64,000 bases of DNA from Candidatus Marinacidobacterium sp. Lineage in GTDB: Bacteria > Acidobacteriota > Vicinamibacteria > Marinacidobacterales > Marinacidobacteraceae. This document shows, in pieces, positions 20,601 through 30,078 of this stretch (its first letter is position 1; every line of letters starts with the position of its first letter). A program made the translations under genes and the position numbers. Below the pieces are notes generated by a model that did no database searches, was not told where the DNA came from, and saw only the letters and a program-made list of their open reading frames with translations. The DNA is taken from positions 1,247,993-1,311,992 of the forward strand of contig OZ241856.1 in the NCBI GenBank assembly GCA_965202845.1. The letters are read 5' to 3'.

Positions 20601-20793
20601 CCCCGGTGGCGGCGGTGGAGCGCCCGCCGCGGGTGAACCCGACCGCGCGGAACGAAAGCCCGTCGGTGTACGCGGTGGGGACCGTGACGTTCGCTTCGTC
20701 GAAATGCTCGTCGTAGTCGTGGTGGCTGCCCTGGGCGGCGACCAGCGGAGCGATCAGCAAAAGCGCGGGAACAAGCAGGGCGCGAAGTTTCAT
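17623..20793 (-). CDS. sortilin/Vps10-domain (BNR/Asp-box repeat) glycosyl hydrolase-like protein, secreted
   Basis: 1056 aa from MKLRALLVPALLLIAPLVAAQ (signal peptide) inside the longer ORF 17623..21456; many S-x-D-x-G-x-T-W BNR repeats. Confidence 0.75.
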   Translation of the reverse strand: MKLRALLVPALLLIAPLVAAQGSHHDYDEHFDEANVTVPTAYTDGLSFRAVGFTRGGRSTAATGVPGDPLTYYFGGTGGGVFKTTDAGHSWTNVSDGFFGVGSVGAIEVARSDVNVIYVGTGSACPRGNISVGDGMYRSQDAGKTWTHVGLRHAGQIGAIAVHPDDPDLAYAAALGHIFGPNEERGIYRTKDGGGTWEQVFHLSDRTGFVDIQMDPNNPRILYAGAWRAERKPWTMISGSEDGGVYRSRDGGDTWEKVENGLPTGMVGKTAIAISPANSDRIWVLAEAEGERGGLYRSDDGGDSFTRINGDANLRQRPWYYIHIYADPHDENTIYGLNVGFHKSIDGGRTFPERIRVPHGDNHDLWINPDNPMNMVNANDGGANVSFDGGASWTDLMGQETSEMYRVYVDDQWPYRIYGSQQDNSTISVPSRAGFGVVPDWYQVGGCESGHIAVDPRDPDITYAGCYGGSITRYNRKTGESRQILHYPQLQLGQAARDLDYRFQWNAPIRLSPHDPDILYHASQVVHMSGDEGQSWRIISPDLTTNNPEQQDYAGGPITQDGTGVEVYNTIFSFEESPHTPRELWAGSDDGRMHISRDRGESWTEITPEGMPEGGTVNAIEMSAHDPARVFIAVYRYRENDFRPYVFRTNNSGEDWDLLTDGTNGIPPTHPVRAIREDPDRRGLLYAGTEFGLYVSFDDGAHWQRLQNNLPVSPITDMQVHRQDLVISTQGRSFWVLDDLTPLHQLTDEVMAADSWLYAPRMAHRGGFLAGADIRYHLKEEPEEEITLEILDSEGNTVRRMTGQPGDAAPTGPVSPFAFFFGGGARARLPATAGLNSFRWNLREEGIERPAGVVHWGGTPGLSVVPGTYEVRLTVGEETHSRMLEVGIRPNLSIDAEDLRKQYDLGEQVAGEVTRLFDALIRVRDVRSQANDIVARLKKAERGDEELETLGKALTDRLTEIEETITQTRSKSSQDPINFPPQIDNQLVTLYGYIVQGNDQPTLGAYERFDDLKPDLEAIHASIESALNEHMTPFNERVAALGVPAVVAPTAATDSN

Positions 20794-21764
20794 GGATGTC
20801 TCCCTTGGGATTGGATGGGGGATTCTACGGGGGCGGCGCTCGTTTCCCGAAACGCCATGACGTCGTCGAGGCGCCGGGCGCCGGTCGCGACCATCGCCAG
20901 CCGGTCCACGCCCAGGGCGATTCCGGCGGAGCGGGGGAACGTTCCCGCCTCCAGCGCGGCGAGGAAGCGGGGGTCCGGTTCGGAGGCGGCGCGGCCGGCG
21001 GCGCGCCGAGCTGCGGCCTCGATCCGGAAGCGGCGCCGGTGCTCCTCCGGGTCCCGGAGCTCGTCGTAGCCGTTCGCGATCTCGATGCCGTCCACGAAGA
21101 CCTCGAACCGCCCGGAGAACCGTGGGTCCTCCTCCGAGAGGCGGGAGAGCGCGGCCAGCGGCGCCGGATACCCGGTGACGATGGTCGGCGCCGGCCGGCC
21201 GAGTCCGGGCTCCACCAGCCGGGAGAACAGGAAGTCGAGCGCGCTTCCCCGGTCGTCCAGCAGCGGCGCCGGATGTCCGTGGGCGCGGAGCAGATTGGCG
21301 AGCGCCGCGTTCCCGGCCTCCAGCGGGTCCACCCCGACGCCCGCCCGGAAGAGATCCCGATAGCTCCGGGTCTCGGCGGGCGGGCGCCCCGCAACGTGCT
21401 GGAGCAGCAGGTCGGTCTCGGCGATCAGCGCCGCTGCCGTTCCCGGCCGATACCACTCGGCGATGGTGAACTCGACGTTGTGGAGTCTCCCCCGCTCCCC
21501 CCCCCGGAACGCCTTGACGATCTGGAAGATTGGGCCGCTTCCGGCGGCCAGCAGCCGCTTCATGGCGAATTCCGGCGAGGTGTGGAGGAACCCGTCGCCG
21601 GCGGCGGGAACGCTCTCCAGGTGGCGGTCGGGAACCGGCCAGGGGCCCAGGATGGGGGTCTCCACCTCCAGGTATCCCCGCGCCTCGAAGAACCCGCGCA
21701 TCCGGCGGATCAACCGGGCGCGCTCCCGGAGGCGCTTGAGGGAAGCCGAAGGCGCCCAGGCGGG
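20790..21764 (-). CDS. epmA: EF-P lysine aminoacylase (PoxA/GenX, lysyl-tRNA synthetase paralog)
   Basis: Homology to EpmA begins at SRPAWAPSASLKRLRERARLIRRMRGFFEARGYLEVETP; class II aaRS motifs. No ATG is available, so the start is probably a non-ATG codon a few residues after the efp stop; start coordinate is approximate. Confidence 0.65.
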   Translation of the reverse strand, partial: PAWAPSASLKRLRERARLIRRMRGFFEARGYLEVETPILGPWPVPDRHLESVPAAGDGFLHTSPEFAMKRLLAAGSGPIFQIVKAFRGGERGRLHNVEFTIAEWYRPGTAAALIAETDLLLQHVAGRPPAETRSYRDLFRAGVGVDPLEAGNAALANLLRAHGHPAPLLDDRGSALDFLFSRLVEPGLGRPAPTIVTGYPAPLAALSRLSEEDPRFSGRFEVFVDGIEIANGYDELRDPEEHRRRFRIEAAARRAAGRAASEPDPRFLAALEAGTFPRSAGIALGVDRLAMVATGARRLDDVMAFRETSAAPVESPIQSQGRHP

Positions 21765-21775
21765 GCGGGAGACCG

Positions 21776-22348
21776 TCAGCTCTTGAGGCGACCCACGTAC
21801 TCGCCGGTGCGAGTGTCCAGCCGGAGCGTCTCGCCGGTATCGATGAACAAGGGCACCCGCACCACCGCCCCGGTCTCCAGGGTCGCGTTCTTGGATCCCC
21901 CGGTCACCGTGTCGCCCCGGATGCCGGGCTCGGTCTCCACCACCTTGAGCTCCACGAACTGCGGCGGCGTGACCATCAGGATGGCGTTGTTGTAGAGCGT
22001 GATCGCGCAGTCGGTCCCCTGGAGGAGCCACTTGCCGGCGTCCCCCATGACCTCCCGGCTGGCGGCGAACTGCTCGTAGCTGTTCGGGTCCATGAAGTGC
22101 CATTCCTCGGCGTCGGCGTAGAGGAACTGCATCTCGGTCGAGATCACGTCCGCCGCCGGAACCTTCTCGCCCGATTTGAGCGTCTTGTCCAGCACCCGAC
22201 CGGTCTTGAGATTGCGATACCGGATCCGGGTGAACGCCTGCCCCTTGCCGGGCTTCACGAATTCGCAGTTGAGGAGGACCGCCGGATCGCCGTCCAGCAT
22301 GACCTTCAGCCCGTTGCGGAACTCGTTCGTCGCGTAGGTGTCGGCCAT
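21776..22348 (-). CDS. efp: translation elongation factor P
   Basis: 190 aa, [22 protein letters not shown]...; KPGKGQAF loop carrying the modified lysine. Confidence 0.9.
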   Translation of the reverse strand: MADTYATNEFRNGLKVMLDGDPAVLLNCEFVKPGKGQAFTRIRYRNLKTGRVLDKTLKSGEKVPAADVISTEMQFLYADAEEWHFMDPNSYEQFAASREVMGDAGKWLLQGTDCAITLYNNAILMVTPPQFVELKVVETEPGIRGDTVTGGSKNATLETGAVVRVPLFIDTGETLRLDTRTGEYVGRLKS

Positions 22349-22356
22349 GCGGGCGG

Positions 22357-23595
22357 CTAGACCTCGGTCAGGAAATGGCCCATCCGTTCCTTCTTGGTAC
22401 GAAGGTAGTCCCGCGAGTGTTCGTTCGCCGGCACCTCGATGGGAACGCGATCCTCGATGGCGAGACCGTGGGCCTCGAGGGCGACGAACTTCCGGGGGTT
22501 GTTGGTCAAAAGGCGGATGCGCTGGACGCCGAGATCCCGGAGGATCTGCGCCCCCACCCCGTACTCGCGCTGATCGGCGCGGAACCCCAGATGGGTGTTC
22601 GCGTCCACCGTGTCGAGACCGCCGTCCTGCGCCGCGTAGGCCCGCAGCTTGTTCACCAGCCCGATGCCCCTGCCCTCCTGGTTGAGATAGAGGAGCACGC
22701 CGCTCCCGGCGCGTTCGATGGCGGCGAGCGCGGCCTCCAGCTGGGGGCCGCAGTCGCAACGGAGCGAACCGAACACCTCGCCGGTCAGGCACTGGCTGTG
22801 CACCCGGGTCAGCACCGGCTCGTCGGATTGCACGTCGCCCAGCTGGAGCACCAGGTGCTTCGTTCCGTCCAGGGTGTTCTCGTAGGCCAGGGTGCGGAAG
22901 GCTCCGAACCGGGTGGGGAGCACGGTCTCGGCCAGCCGCCGCACCAGCGTCTCGGTGCGCAGCCGATGACGGATCAGGGAGGCGACGCTGACCACGCCGA
23001 CGCCGTGCCGCTCGCCGAACCGCAAAAGGTCCGGCAGGCGCGCCATCGCCCCGTCCTCCTTCATCACCTCGCAGATGACCGCCGCCGGATGGAGGCCGGC
23101 GAGACGCGCCAGATCCACTCCGGCCTCGGTCTGTCCGGCGCGCTGGAGCACGCCGCCGGGCCGGGCGCGCAGCGGGAACACATGGCCGGGGCGGCGCAAA
23201 TCCTCCGGCCGGGTGTCCGGGTGGATCGCGGCCCGCACCGTCCGGGCGCGGTCGGCGGCGGAAATCCCGGTGGAGACGCCGTCCTGCGCCTCGATGGAGA
23301 CGCAGAACGCGGTCTCGAGGAGCGAGGTGTTGTCCTTGACCATCAACGGGATGTCGAGTTCGTCCAGCCGCTCGCCGGTCATCGCCAGGCAGATCAGGCC
23401 GCGGCCGTGGGTCGCCATGAAGTTGATGGCGTCCGGCGTGATGTGCGAGGCGGCCACCGTGAGGTCGCCCTCGTTCTCGCGGTCCGCATCGTCCACCACG
23501 ATCACCATCCGCCCCTCGGCGATGGCGGAGATCGCCTGTTCGGGGGTCAGAAGTTGCAAGGAGTCCGGCTGGGGTTCGTCGGCGGGGGAAGTCAA
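22357..23595 (-). CDS. ribBA: bifunctional 3,4-dihydroxy-2-butanone-4-phosphate synthase / GTP cyclohydrolase II
   Basis: DHBP synthase N-domain (RENEGDL) and GTP cyclohydrolase II C-domain (CxCGxQ zinc motif CDCGPQ). Confidence 0.9.
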   Translation of the reverse strand: MTSPADEPQPDSLQLLTPEQAISAIAEGRMVIVVDDADRENEGDLTVAASHITPDAINFMATHGRGLICLAMTGERLDELDIPLMVKDNTSLLETAFCVSIEAQDGVSTGISAADRARTVRAAIHPDTRPEDLRRPGHVFPLRARPGGVLQRAGQTEAGVDLARLAGLHPAAVICEVMKEDGAMARLPDLLRFGERHGVGVVSVASLIRHRLRTETLVRRLAETVLPTRFGAFRTLAYENTLDGTKHLVLQLGDVQSDEPVLTRVHSQCLTGEVFGSLRCDCGPQLEAALAAIERAGSGVLLYLNQEGRGIGLVNKLRAYAAQDGGLDTVDANTHLGFRADQREYGVGAQILRDLGVQRIRLLTNNPRKFVALEAHGLAIEDRVPIEVPANEHSRDYLRTKKERMGHFLTEV

Positions 23596-23619
23596 GATCG
23601 GCTTTCCGTGCCCGGAACT

Positions 23620-24207
23620 CTATCTTGGGAGCAACGCCGCCACGTACTTTCCGAGGATGTCGTATTCGATGTGGAGCGGATCGCCCGGCGCCAGCAAGCC
23701 GAGCGTGGTGACCGCAAGGGTGTGGGGGAGGATCGCCACCTCGAAGGCCCGCTCCCCCGGTTCCGAGCGGGCGACGGTCAGGCTCACGCCGTCAAGCGCC
23801 ACCGATCCCTTCTCGACGATCCAGCGCGGTTCCGCATGACCGACCCGAATCCGGTAGTCGTCCGCGCTCCCGCCGGCTGCCCGAACCGTCCCGACCGCAT
23901 CGACGTGCCCCTGGACGAAGTGGCCGCCGAGCCGGTCGGACGCCCGAAGCGGCAGCTCCAGGTTGACTTCCCTTCCGGCGACGATGCGATCGAACGTCGT
24001 CCGGCGCCGGGTCTCCTCCGCCAGGTCGAAGCCAAGACGGCCGGGGCCCACCGCAACCGCAGTGAGGCACACCCCGGAAACCGCGACGCTGGCGCCCACT
24101 TCCACCTGATGGAGCGCGGCGGCGGCGCCGGTCGCCGGAGGCAGGTCCACCTCGAGCCCCGGGCCGCCGCGGACGACGCCCTTTCCCAGAACCAGGCCGG
24201 TGAACAT
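23620..24207 (-). CDS. ribE: riboflavin synthase alpha subunit
   Basis: [10 protein letters not shown] start with internal duplicated lumazine-binding repeats. Confidence 0.85.
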   Translation of the reverse strand: MFTGLVLGKGVVRGGPGLEVDLPPATGAAAALHQVEVGASVAVSGVCLTAVAVGPGRLGFDLAEETRRRTTFDRIVAGREVNLELPLRASDRLGGHFVQGHVDAVGTVRAAGGSADDYRIRVGHAEPRWIVEKGSVALDGVSLTVARSEPGERAFEVAILPHTLAVTTLGLLAPGDPLHIEYDILGKYVAALLPR

Positions 24208-24278
24208 GCCGGGAAGGGTCGCCGGATCGCCCGGGCCGCGCAACCCGGGTGCTGGTAGCATGGGCTGCGGACAACGAC

Positions 24279-25448
24279 ATGGCGCAAAGGAGGACCGTCC
24301 TTCCCGAAACCGAAGAGCGGTGGATGCGGCGGGCGCTCGAACTTGCCGCGCTGGGCCGGAGCAGCGCCCTCCCCAATCCGGCGGTGGGCGCGTTGCTGGT
24401 CTGCCGGAACGGCCGTATCGCCGCCGAGGCGTGGCACACCCGCGTCGGCGCGCCGCACGCCGAAAGTCGGGTTCTGGCGGTGGGAGAGGCCGCGCGGGGC
24501 GCCACCCTGGTCGTGAACCTCGAACCCTGCTGTCATGTGGGACGAACCCCGCCCTGCGTCGAGCGCATCGTGGCCTCCGGCGTGCGCCGGGTGGTCGCCG
24601 CCCACCCGGATCCGGATCCGCGCGTCTCCGGGGGCGGATTCGCCTTCCTGCGCTCCCGCGGAGTCGAAGTGCGCTCCGGGGTGCTGGAGGCCGAAGCCCG
24701 GGAGTTGAACCGGGCCTACCTGAAAGTCCTGTCCACCGGGTTGCCCTGGGTCACGGTCAAGGCCGCCGTCTCCATCGACGGCGCGATGGCGCCGCCGGGA
24801 ACCCGGTGGATCACCCGCCCCTCGACCCGGCGCCACGGGCGGGTGCTGCGCCGGGAGCACCAGGCCCTTCTTACCGGAATCGCCACCGTGCTGGCCGACG
24901 ATCCGCGCCTGACTCCGCGGTCCGGGCGGAGCGCCCCCTGCAGCCCGCTGCGGGTGGTGCTCGATCCGGCGCTTCGCATCCCCGAAACCGCGCGCATCCT
25001 GCGCGAAATCGACGCGTCGCCGGTGTTGGTGTTCGCCGGCCCCGATGCGCCGGAATCCGAGGCGCGGCGCGTCCTGCGGACCGGCGCCGAGGTGTTGCGA
25101 ACCCCGACCGCAGCCGACGCGAAACGCGAACTCGCCCTGGAACCGGTGCTGCGCGAGCTGGGTCGGCGCAGCATCCGCACCGTGCTGGTGGAAGCCGGCC
25201 CCCGGATCACCTCCGCCTTCCTGCGCGAGGGGCTCGCCGACCAGCTGACGCTCTACATCGCTCCCCGGTTTCTGGGACGGGGGGAGGGCGCCGGCCTCTT
25301 CGACGCCCCGCGCCGCGCCGGCGGGACGGGAAGCCGCCAGCTCCCGACGACGCAACCCGCCGGCGGCAGACCGCGCTACGCCCGGCTCGGCCCCGACCTG
25401 CTGGCCGACTTCCGGCTGGAGACCGGGAACGCCCTCACCAGCGTGTAA
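24279..25448 (+). CDS. ribD: bifunctional diaminohydroxyphosphoribosylaminopyrimidine deaminase / 5-amino-6-(5-phosphoribosylamino)uracil reductase
   Basis: Cytidine-deaminase-like zinc motif (HAE...PCxxC: LEPCCHVGRTPPC) plus a C-terminal reductase domain; transcribed divergently from ribE. Confidence 0.85.
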   Translation: MAQRRTVLPETEERWMRRALELAALGRSSALPNPAVGALLVCRNGRIAAEAWHTRVGAPHAESRVLAVGEAARGATLVVNLEPCCHVGRTPPCVERIVASGVRRVVAAHPDPDPRVSGGGFAFLRSRGVEVRSGVLEAEARELNRAYLKVLSTGLPWVTVKAAVSIDGAMAPPGTRWITRPSTRRHGRVLRREHQALLTGIATVLADDPRLTPRSGRSAPCSPLRVVLDPALRIPETARILREIDASPVLVFAGPDAPESEARRVLRTGAEVLRTPTAADAKRELALEPVLRELGRRSIRTVLVEAGPRITSAFLREGLADQLTLYIAPRFLGRGEGAGLFDAPRRAGGTGSRQLPTTQPAGGRPRYARLGPDLLADFRLETGNALTSV

Positions 25449-25969
25449 GCCGCGCCCTGCGCCGCCAGAACACTCCGTAAAAGCTCGAGACGCTCGACCG
25501 AAAATTCCAGGGAAAACGCGGGCAACCCGGCCAGAAACCCCTCCGGGAGCCGCGCCGGACGGCCGAAGCGGGCCACCGTGACGTGGGGACGGAAGGGACG
25601 CGACTCCGGGGGAAGCCCGGCGGCCCGCGCCCCCGCCTCGCAGACCCGCCGCAATGCGCCGAGCAGCGTCCCGCCGCCGTCCAGCGCGGCGAAGATCCCG
25701 CGCGTCCGTCCCGGCGACGGAAACGATGCGTACCGCGCCACCCGGAGGCGTTGCGACGACGGCGGCAACGGAAGGGCGGCCTCCAGCGCCTCGCGCACCG
25801 GCGCCGCGTCCACCTTGCCGTAGAAGCGGACGGTGCAGTGCAGGTTGGCTTCCGGCGTCGGCCGGACCGGAACATCGGGAAGGCGGGCGGCGATCTCCCT
25901 TCCGACCGCCGCCAGTTCGCTCCGCAGCGGATCGGACAGCGGGATCGCGGCGAACAGCCGGAGCTTCAC
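25376..25969 (-). CDS. thpR: RNA 2',3'-cyclic phosphodiesterase (2H family, LigT/ThpR)
   Basis: Two HxT/S motifs (LHCTVRF, PHVTVAR); its 3' end overlaps the ribD 3' end by about 73 bp convergently, so the true C-terminus may be shorter. Confidence 0.7.
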   Translation of the reverse strand: MKLRLFAAIPLSDPLRSELAAVGREIAARLPDVPVRPTPEANLHCTVRFYGKVDAAPVREALEAALPLPPSSQRLRVARYASFPSPGRTRGIFAALDGGGTLLGALRRVCEAGARAAGLPPESRPFRPHVTVARFGRPARLPEGFLAGLPAFSLEFSVERLELLRSVLAAQGAAYTLVRAFPVSSRKSASRSGPSRA

Positions 25970-27243
25970 CCGGAGAGGAGCGCCCGGCGCAGCATGTCCA
26001 GAGCGGCGGTCGCGGTTCGCTGCCGCACCCGGTTGCGGTCGCCGGGAAACAGGAAGCGCGCCGCGCGGGTGGTCGCGCGCCCGGCGAGCGCCATCCAGAC
26101 GAGACCCACCGGCTTGTCGGGGGTCGCGCCGCCCGGCCCGGCGATCCCGGTCACCGCGAGTCCCCAGGTCGGCGGCCCGCCTTCCGCCAGGGCCCGCGCC
26201 CGCGCGCCTTCGGCCATCGCCCGCGCCGTCTCCTCGCTCACCGCCCCGAAGGACGCGAGGGTGTCCTCCGGGACGCCCAGCAGGTCGCGCTTCGCTCGGT
26301 TGGCGTAGGCGACCACTCCGAGATCGAACCAGCCCGACGCCCCCGGCGCAGCGGTGATCCGGTCCGCGATCCGCCCGCCGGTCAGCGATTCGGCCACCGC
26401 CACCCGCTCCCCGCGGTCGGCAAGCAACCGTCCCACCGCGGCTTCAAGCGCAATTTCGGAATCCCGGCCGTACACCGCTTCGCCGAGCCGGGACGCGATT
26501 GCATCCGCCAGGCGCTTGACGGCATCCCGGTCCGCCGCCGACCGCCCGACGACCCGCACTTCGATCTCTCCCCGGGACCCCAGGATCGCGAGGGAAAGCG
26601 GCCCGTCGCGGGGAGGCGCAAGGTCCCCGATCCGCTCCTCGATATGCGATTCGGTGACGCCGGCGAGCCGGAGCGCGCTCTCCGGCGGACCGGACGCCGG
26701 AGCGCCCGCCTCCCGCAGTCTGGACGCCACTTCGGCGTCGAACATCCGCACGAGCTCGTGGGGAGGACCGGGCAGCAGAACCAGCCGCTTTCCGTTCGCC
26801 GCGCGCGCCAGCACGCCGGGCGCCGTCCCGGCCCGGTTCGGGAGCGCCTCCGCGCCTTCGGGAAGCAGCGCCTGGCGCAGGTTCACCTCCGGCATCGCCC
26901 TTCCCATCCGGCGAAACCGCTCGCGGATGCGCTCCGCCGAGGCGGCGTCCGGAACCAGCGACTTCCCGAGGGCCAAGGCCGCCGCCTGCCGGGTTCGATC
27001 GTCGCTGGTGGGGCCGAGTCCGCCGCAGACCAGCGCCCAGTCGCTTCGCTCCCAGGCTAGGCCGATCGCATCCTCGATCGCCCGTTCGTCGTCGGGCAGG
27101 ACTGCGGTGAACCCGACCGGGACGCCGAGCGCGCTCAGGCGCTCCTTCAGCAGCGGGGTGTTCCGGTCCTTCCGGCGAGGGCGCAGGAGCTCGCTCCCGA
27201 CCGCGAGGATCGCGGCGACCGGGACGCCCGCCTCACATCGCAA
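25966..27243 (-). CDS. cinA: CinA family competence/damage-inducible protein (MoeA-like N-domain plus nicotinamide-nucleotide amidohydrolase PncC domain)
   Basis: CinA N-terminal AAILAVGSELL and C-terminal PncC-like domain; inferred TTG start (MRCEAG...) overlapping the pgpA stop; no ATG is available. Confidence 0.7.
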   Translation of the reverse strand: MRCEAGVPVAAILAVGSELLRPRRKDRNTPLLKERLSALGVPVGFTAVLPDDERAIEDAIGLAWERSDWALVCGGLGPTSDDRTRQAAALALGKSLVPDAASAERIRERFRRMGRAMPEVNLRQALLPEGAEALPNRAGTAPGVLARAANGKRLVLLPGPPHELVRMFDAEVASRLREAGAPASGPPESALRLAGVTESHIEERIGDLAPPRDGPLSLAILGSRGEIEVRVVGRSAADRDAVKRLADAIASRLGEAVYGRDSEIALEAAVGRLLADRGERVAVAESLTGGRIADRITAAPGASGWFDLGVVAYANRAKRDLLGVPEDTLASFGAVSEETARAMAEGARARALAEGGPPTWGLAVTGIAGPGGATPDKPVGLVWMALAGRATTRAARFLFPGDRNRVRQRTATAALDMLRRALLSG

Positions 27244-27718
27244 GGAAAACAAACACCAACAGCCGCACGACGAGTCCGGCGCCCAGGTCGTCGGCCATGA
27301 TGCCGAGCCCGCCGGGAAGCCGCTCCAGCCAGCGGATCGGCGGCGGCTTGAGGATGTCCAGCGCGCGGAAGAGGAGGAACGCGGCGGCGATGGCCATCCA
27401 GCCGGGCGTCGCCAGCGCCAGCGCCAGCCACATGCCGCAGAATTCGTCCACGACCACCTCGTTCGGATCCGGGCGACCCACCGCCTCCGCATGGCGCCCC
27501 GCCGCCCACCATCCGAGCAGGATCGAGGCTCCGAGCAATCCCAGCTGCCAAGCGGGCGGCAGGCCGCCGGCGAGCAGAAAGGCGCCCAGGCCGGCGAGCG
27601 AACCGAACGTTCCGGGCGCGACCGGAATCCTCCCGATCCCGAAGCAGGTAGCGACCAGGGACGCGAACGACCAGCCGCCGCCTTCCGCCGCCGGTTCCTC
27701 GTCCCCGGATTCGGGCAT
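27233..27718 (-). CDS. pgpA: phosphatidylglycerophosphatase A
   Basis: PgpA motifs GTFGSLAGL and DExxGMW; start chosen at MPESGDEE; in-frame ATGs upstream at 28030 and 27925 would add a low-complexity N-terminus. Confidence 0.65.
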   Translation of the reverse strand: MPESGDEEPAAEGGGWSFASLVATCFGIGRIPVAPGTFGSLAGLGAFLLAGGLPPAWQLGLLGASILLGWWAAGRHAEAVGRPDPNEVVVDEFCGMWLALALATPGWMAIAAAFLLFRALDILKPPPIRWLERLPGGLGIMADDLGAGLVVRLLVFVFLAM

Positions 27719-28028
27719 CTCCACCAGCTCCCCCGGCTCACGGGCCGGCGCCGCCTCCGGTTCGGGGGCGAGGATCGGGCGGCTCACCGGCGGCGGGGGG
27801 GCGTTCTCCCGCTCCCGCCGCTCGGCCCGCTCCCGTTCCGCTTCGCGCAGCCGCTTCTCCACCCGGGCCCGGATGGAGTCCTTGTCGCCGCCGCCTCCGG
27901 CGGATCGGCTGCCGTCCTCACTCATGGTTCCCGGAGCGCCGGTGCGATCCCGGACCCGCTTCCGCACCTCGCGGCTCCAGTGGGCCGGGTCGCGGCGCTC
28001 CGAACCGCGCGAGGAGATGGGATCGGTC

Positions 28029-28940
28029 ATGGACAGGGCCGGGTATTATCGTTTCCCGGTTGTGCCTGCGCCGGATGCGCTGCTGGAAGCGGCGCCGAAC
28101 GCGAGCGAGGGACGGGACCCGGAACGGATCGCCCGGCTCGTCGCCGCCATCGGCCCCCCGCTCGCCGACACCCACTCCGATGCGGCGCACAACCGCAGCG
28201 TCTTCACCCTGTTCGGAACCGAAGCCGAGCTCTTCGCCGCCGCCTGCCGACTCTTCCAGGCGACGCTCGCCTCGGTGCGCCTGAATCGCCACCGGGGAGA
28301 GCATCCGCGGATTGGCGCCCTCGACGTGCTGCCCTTCATCCCGATCGGCCCCGAGTCCCGCATGGAGGACGCGGCGCGCCTCGCCCGGCGAACCGGCGCC
28401 GCGCTGGCCGACCGCTGGGACGTCCCGGTCTTCCTCTACGGCGATGCGGCGCGGGGCCGGCCCTTGCGGGAGATCCGCCGGGGCGGCCTGGAGGGACTCG
28501 GGCGCCGGCTGGCCGCGGGGACGGCGCGTCCCGACTACGGTCCGCCCCGGCTGCACCCGACCGCCGGGGCGGTGGCGGTGGGCGCCCGGCGGCCGCTGGT
28601 CGCCTTCAACGTGAACCTCGACAGCGGGGACGTTCGCGCCGCCCGGAGCATCGCCGGCGCGGTCCGGGAAACCGGAGGCGGGCTCCTGGGAGTGCGGGCG
28701 CTGGGCGTCCGGGTTCGGACGGGAGCCCAGGTCACCATGAATGTGGAGCGGGTGGAGGAAACCCCGCTTTCCCTGGTTTTCGAGCGGGTCCGGGAGGCGG
28801 CGCGCCAGCAGGGGCTGGAGGTTCTCGGCTCGGAGATCGTGGGGCTGGTTCCGGAGGCTGCGACCTGGCCGGGGATGGCGGAGGAGCTGCGGCTTCCGGC
28901 GCCGCCCCGGACGATCGAGGGGGTCCTTCGGACGCGGTAG
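28029..28940 (+). CDS. glutamate formimidoyltransferase (FtcD N-terminal-like) family protein
   Basis: 303 aa from MDRAGYYRFPVVPAPD; formiminotransferase-domain homology along the whole length. Confidence 0.65.
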   Translation: MDRAGYYRFPVVPAPDALLEAAPNASEGRDPERIARLVAAIGPPLADTHSDAAHNRSVFTLFGTEAELFAAACRLFQATLASVRLNRHRGEHPRIGALDVLPFIPIGPESRMEDAARLARRTGAALADRWDVPVFLYGDAARGRPLREIRRGGLEGLGRRLAAGTARPDYGPPRLHPTAGAVAVGARRPLVAFNVNLDSGDVRAARSIAGAVRETGGGLLGVRALGVRVRTGAQVTMNVERVEETPLSLVFERVREAARQQGLEVLGSEIVGLVPEAATWPGMAEELRLPAPPRTIEGVLRTR

Positions 28941-28953
28941 CCTTGCCCCTCCC

Positions 28954-29418
28954 ATGAAGTGTCCCTTCTGCGCCCACGGCGACGATCGGGTGGTGGACTC
29001 CCGCGAAAGCCGGGGGGGCGAGATCATCCGCCGTCGCCGCGAATGCGCCGGGTGCGGCAAGCGCTTCACCAGCTACGAAACCGTCGAGGAAGTGCCCCTG
29101 ATGGTCATCAAGAAGAACGGCGCGCGCGAACCCTACGAGCCGGACAAGGTGCTGGCCGGGCTCCAGAAGGCGTGCGACAAGCGGGTCGCCGGCGAGCGGA
29201 TGGACCAAATCGTGGAACGGGTGACCGAATCCCTGGGGCAGAGTCCGGACCGCGAGCTGGAAACCCGGGAGATCGGCGAAATCGTGATGCGCGCCCTGAA
29301 ACAGGAGGACGACATCGCGTACGTCCGCTTCGCGTCGGTGTATCGGGATTTCCGTGACACCCAGGACTTTGTCCAGGCGATCGACGGCCTGATCCGACGG
29401 CCGGGGCCCCGCTCCTGA
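28954..29418 (+). CDS. nrdR: transcriptional repressor NrdR
   Basis: MKCPFCAHGDDRVVDSRESRGGEIIRRRRECAGCGKRF zinc ribbon plus ATP-cone. Confidence 0.9.
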   Translation: MKCPFCAHGDDRVVDSRESRGGEIIRRRRECAGCGKRFTSYETVEEVPLMVIKKNGAREPYEPDKVLAGLQKACDKRVAGERMDQIVERVTESLGQSPDRELETREIGEIVMRALKQEDDIAYVRFASVYRDFRDTQDFVQAIDGLIRRPGPRS

Positions 29419-29469
29419 GCGCCGCCGGGAACCGCTCCGAACCGGACGCCCGCAAAATCCGTTAGGAAT

Positions 29470-30078
29470 GTGCACCGGGAGAACGCCGGAACAACCAAAA
29501 CCTTGGACGCGCCGGCCCCGATCTCAGATGCTCGACTCGTACACGAATGCCTGGCCGGAAGCGAAGACTGCTGGCGGGAGTTCGTCAACCGCTTCCGCAA
29601 GCCGATCTGGCAGGTGGCGTACCGGTTCACCGCGGGCGGGGACGACGCCGAGGAGCTAGTCCAGGACATCTACATGCGACTGCTGACCGCGCTTCCGCAA
29701 TACCGCCCCTCGGGCGCTCTGGGCGGCTGGGTGCGCCAGGTGGCCACCCATGTCGGGATCGACAGCTGGCGGCGGCGAAAGCGCATCCCGATCCCCGTGG
29801 AGGGCATCGAGGTTCCCGAACTCCCCGGACCGGCGCCGGAGCGCCCGGACCGGGTCGCGGAGCGCCACGACCGCGCCGCGGTGGTTCGCCGCATGGTGGA
29901 GGAGCTGCCCGAGGAACTCGCCGAACCGGTCATGCTGCGCGACCTGATGGAGATGGGGTATCCCGAAATCGCCGCCAGGCTCGACATCCCGGTCGGCACC
30001 GTGAAGTCGCGGATTCACCGGGGGCGCATCCAGCTGGCGGCGTCCCTGAAAAAACTCCGCGAGGAGAACCTGCTGTGA
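29470..30078 (+). CDS. RNA polymerase ECF-type sigma-70 factor
   Basis: Sigma70 region 2 (DDAEELVQDIYMRL, GWVRQVATH) and region 4 (VMLRDLMEMGYPEIAARLDIPVGTVKSRIHRGR); GTG start. Confidence 0.8.
   Translation: MHRENAGTTKTLDAPAPISDARLVHECLAGSEDCWREFVNRFRKPIWQVAYRFTAGGDDAEELVQDIYMRLLTALPQYRPSGALGGWVRQVATHVGIDSWRRRKRIPIPVEGIEVPELPGPAPERPDRVAERHDRAAVVRRMVEELPEELAEPVMLRDLMEMGYPEIAARLDIPVGTVKSRIHRGRIQLAASLKKLREENLL

Noticed and set aside
24208-24278. Possible FMN riboswitch between ribE and ribD
   Set aside because: Only 71 bp of intergenic DNA are available, far shorter than the FMN aptamer of about 140 nt. No conserved RFN motifs are visible.
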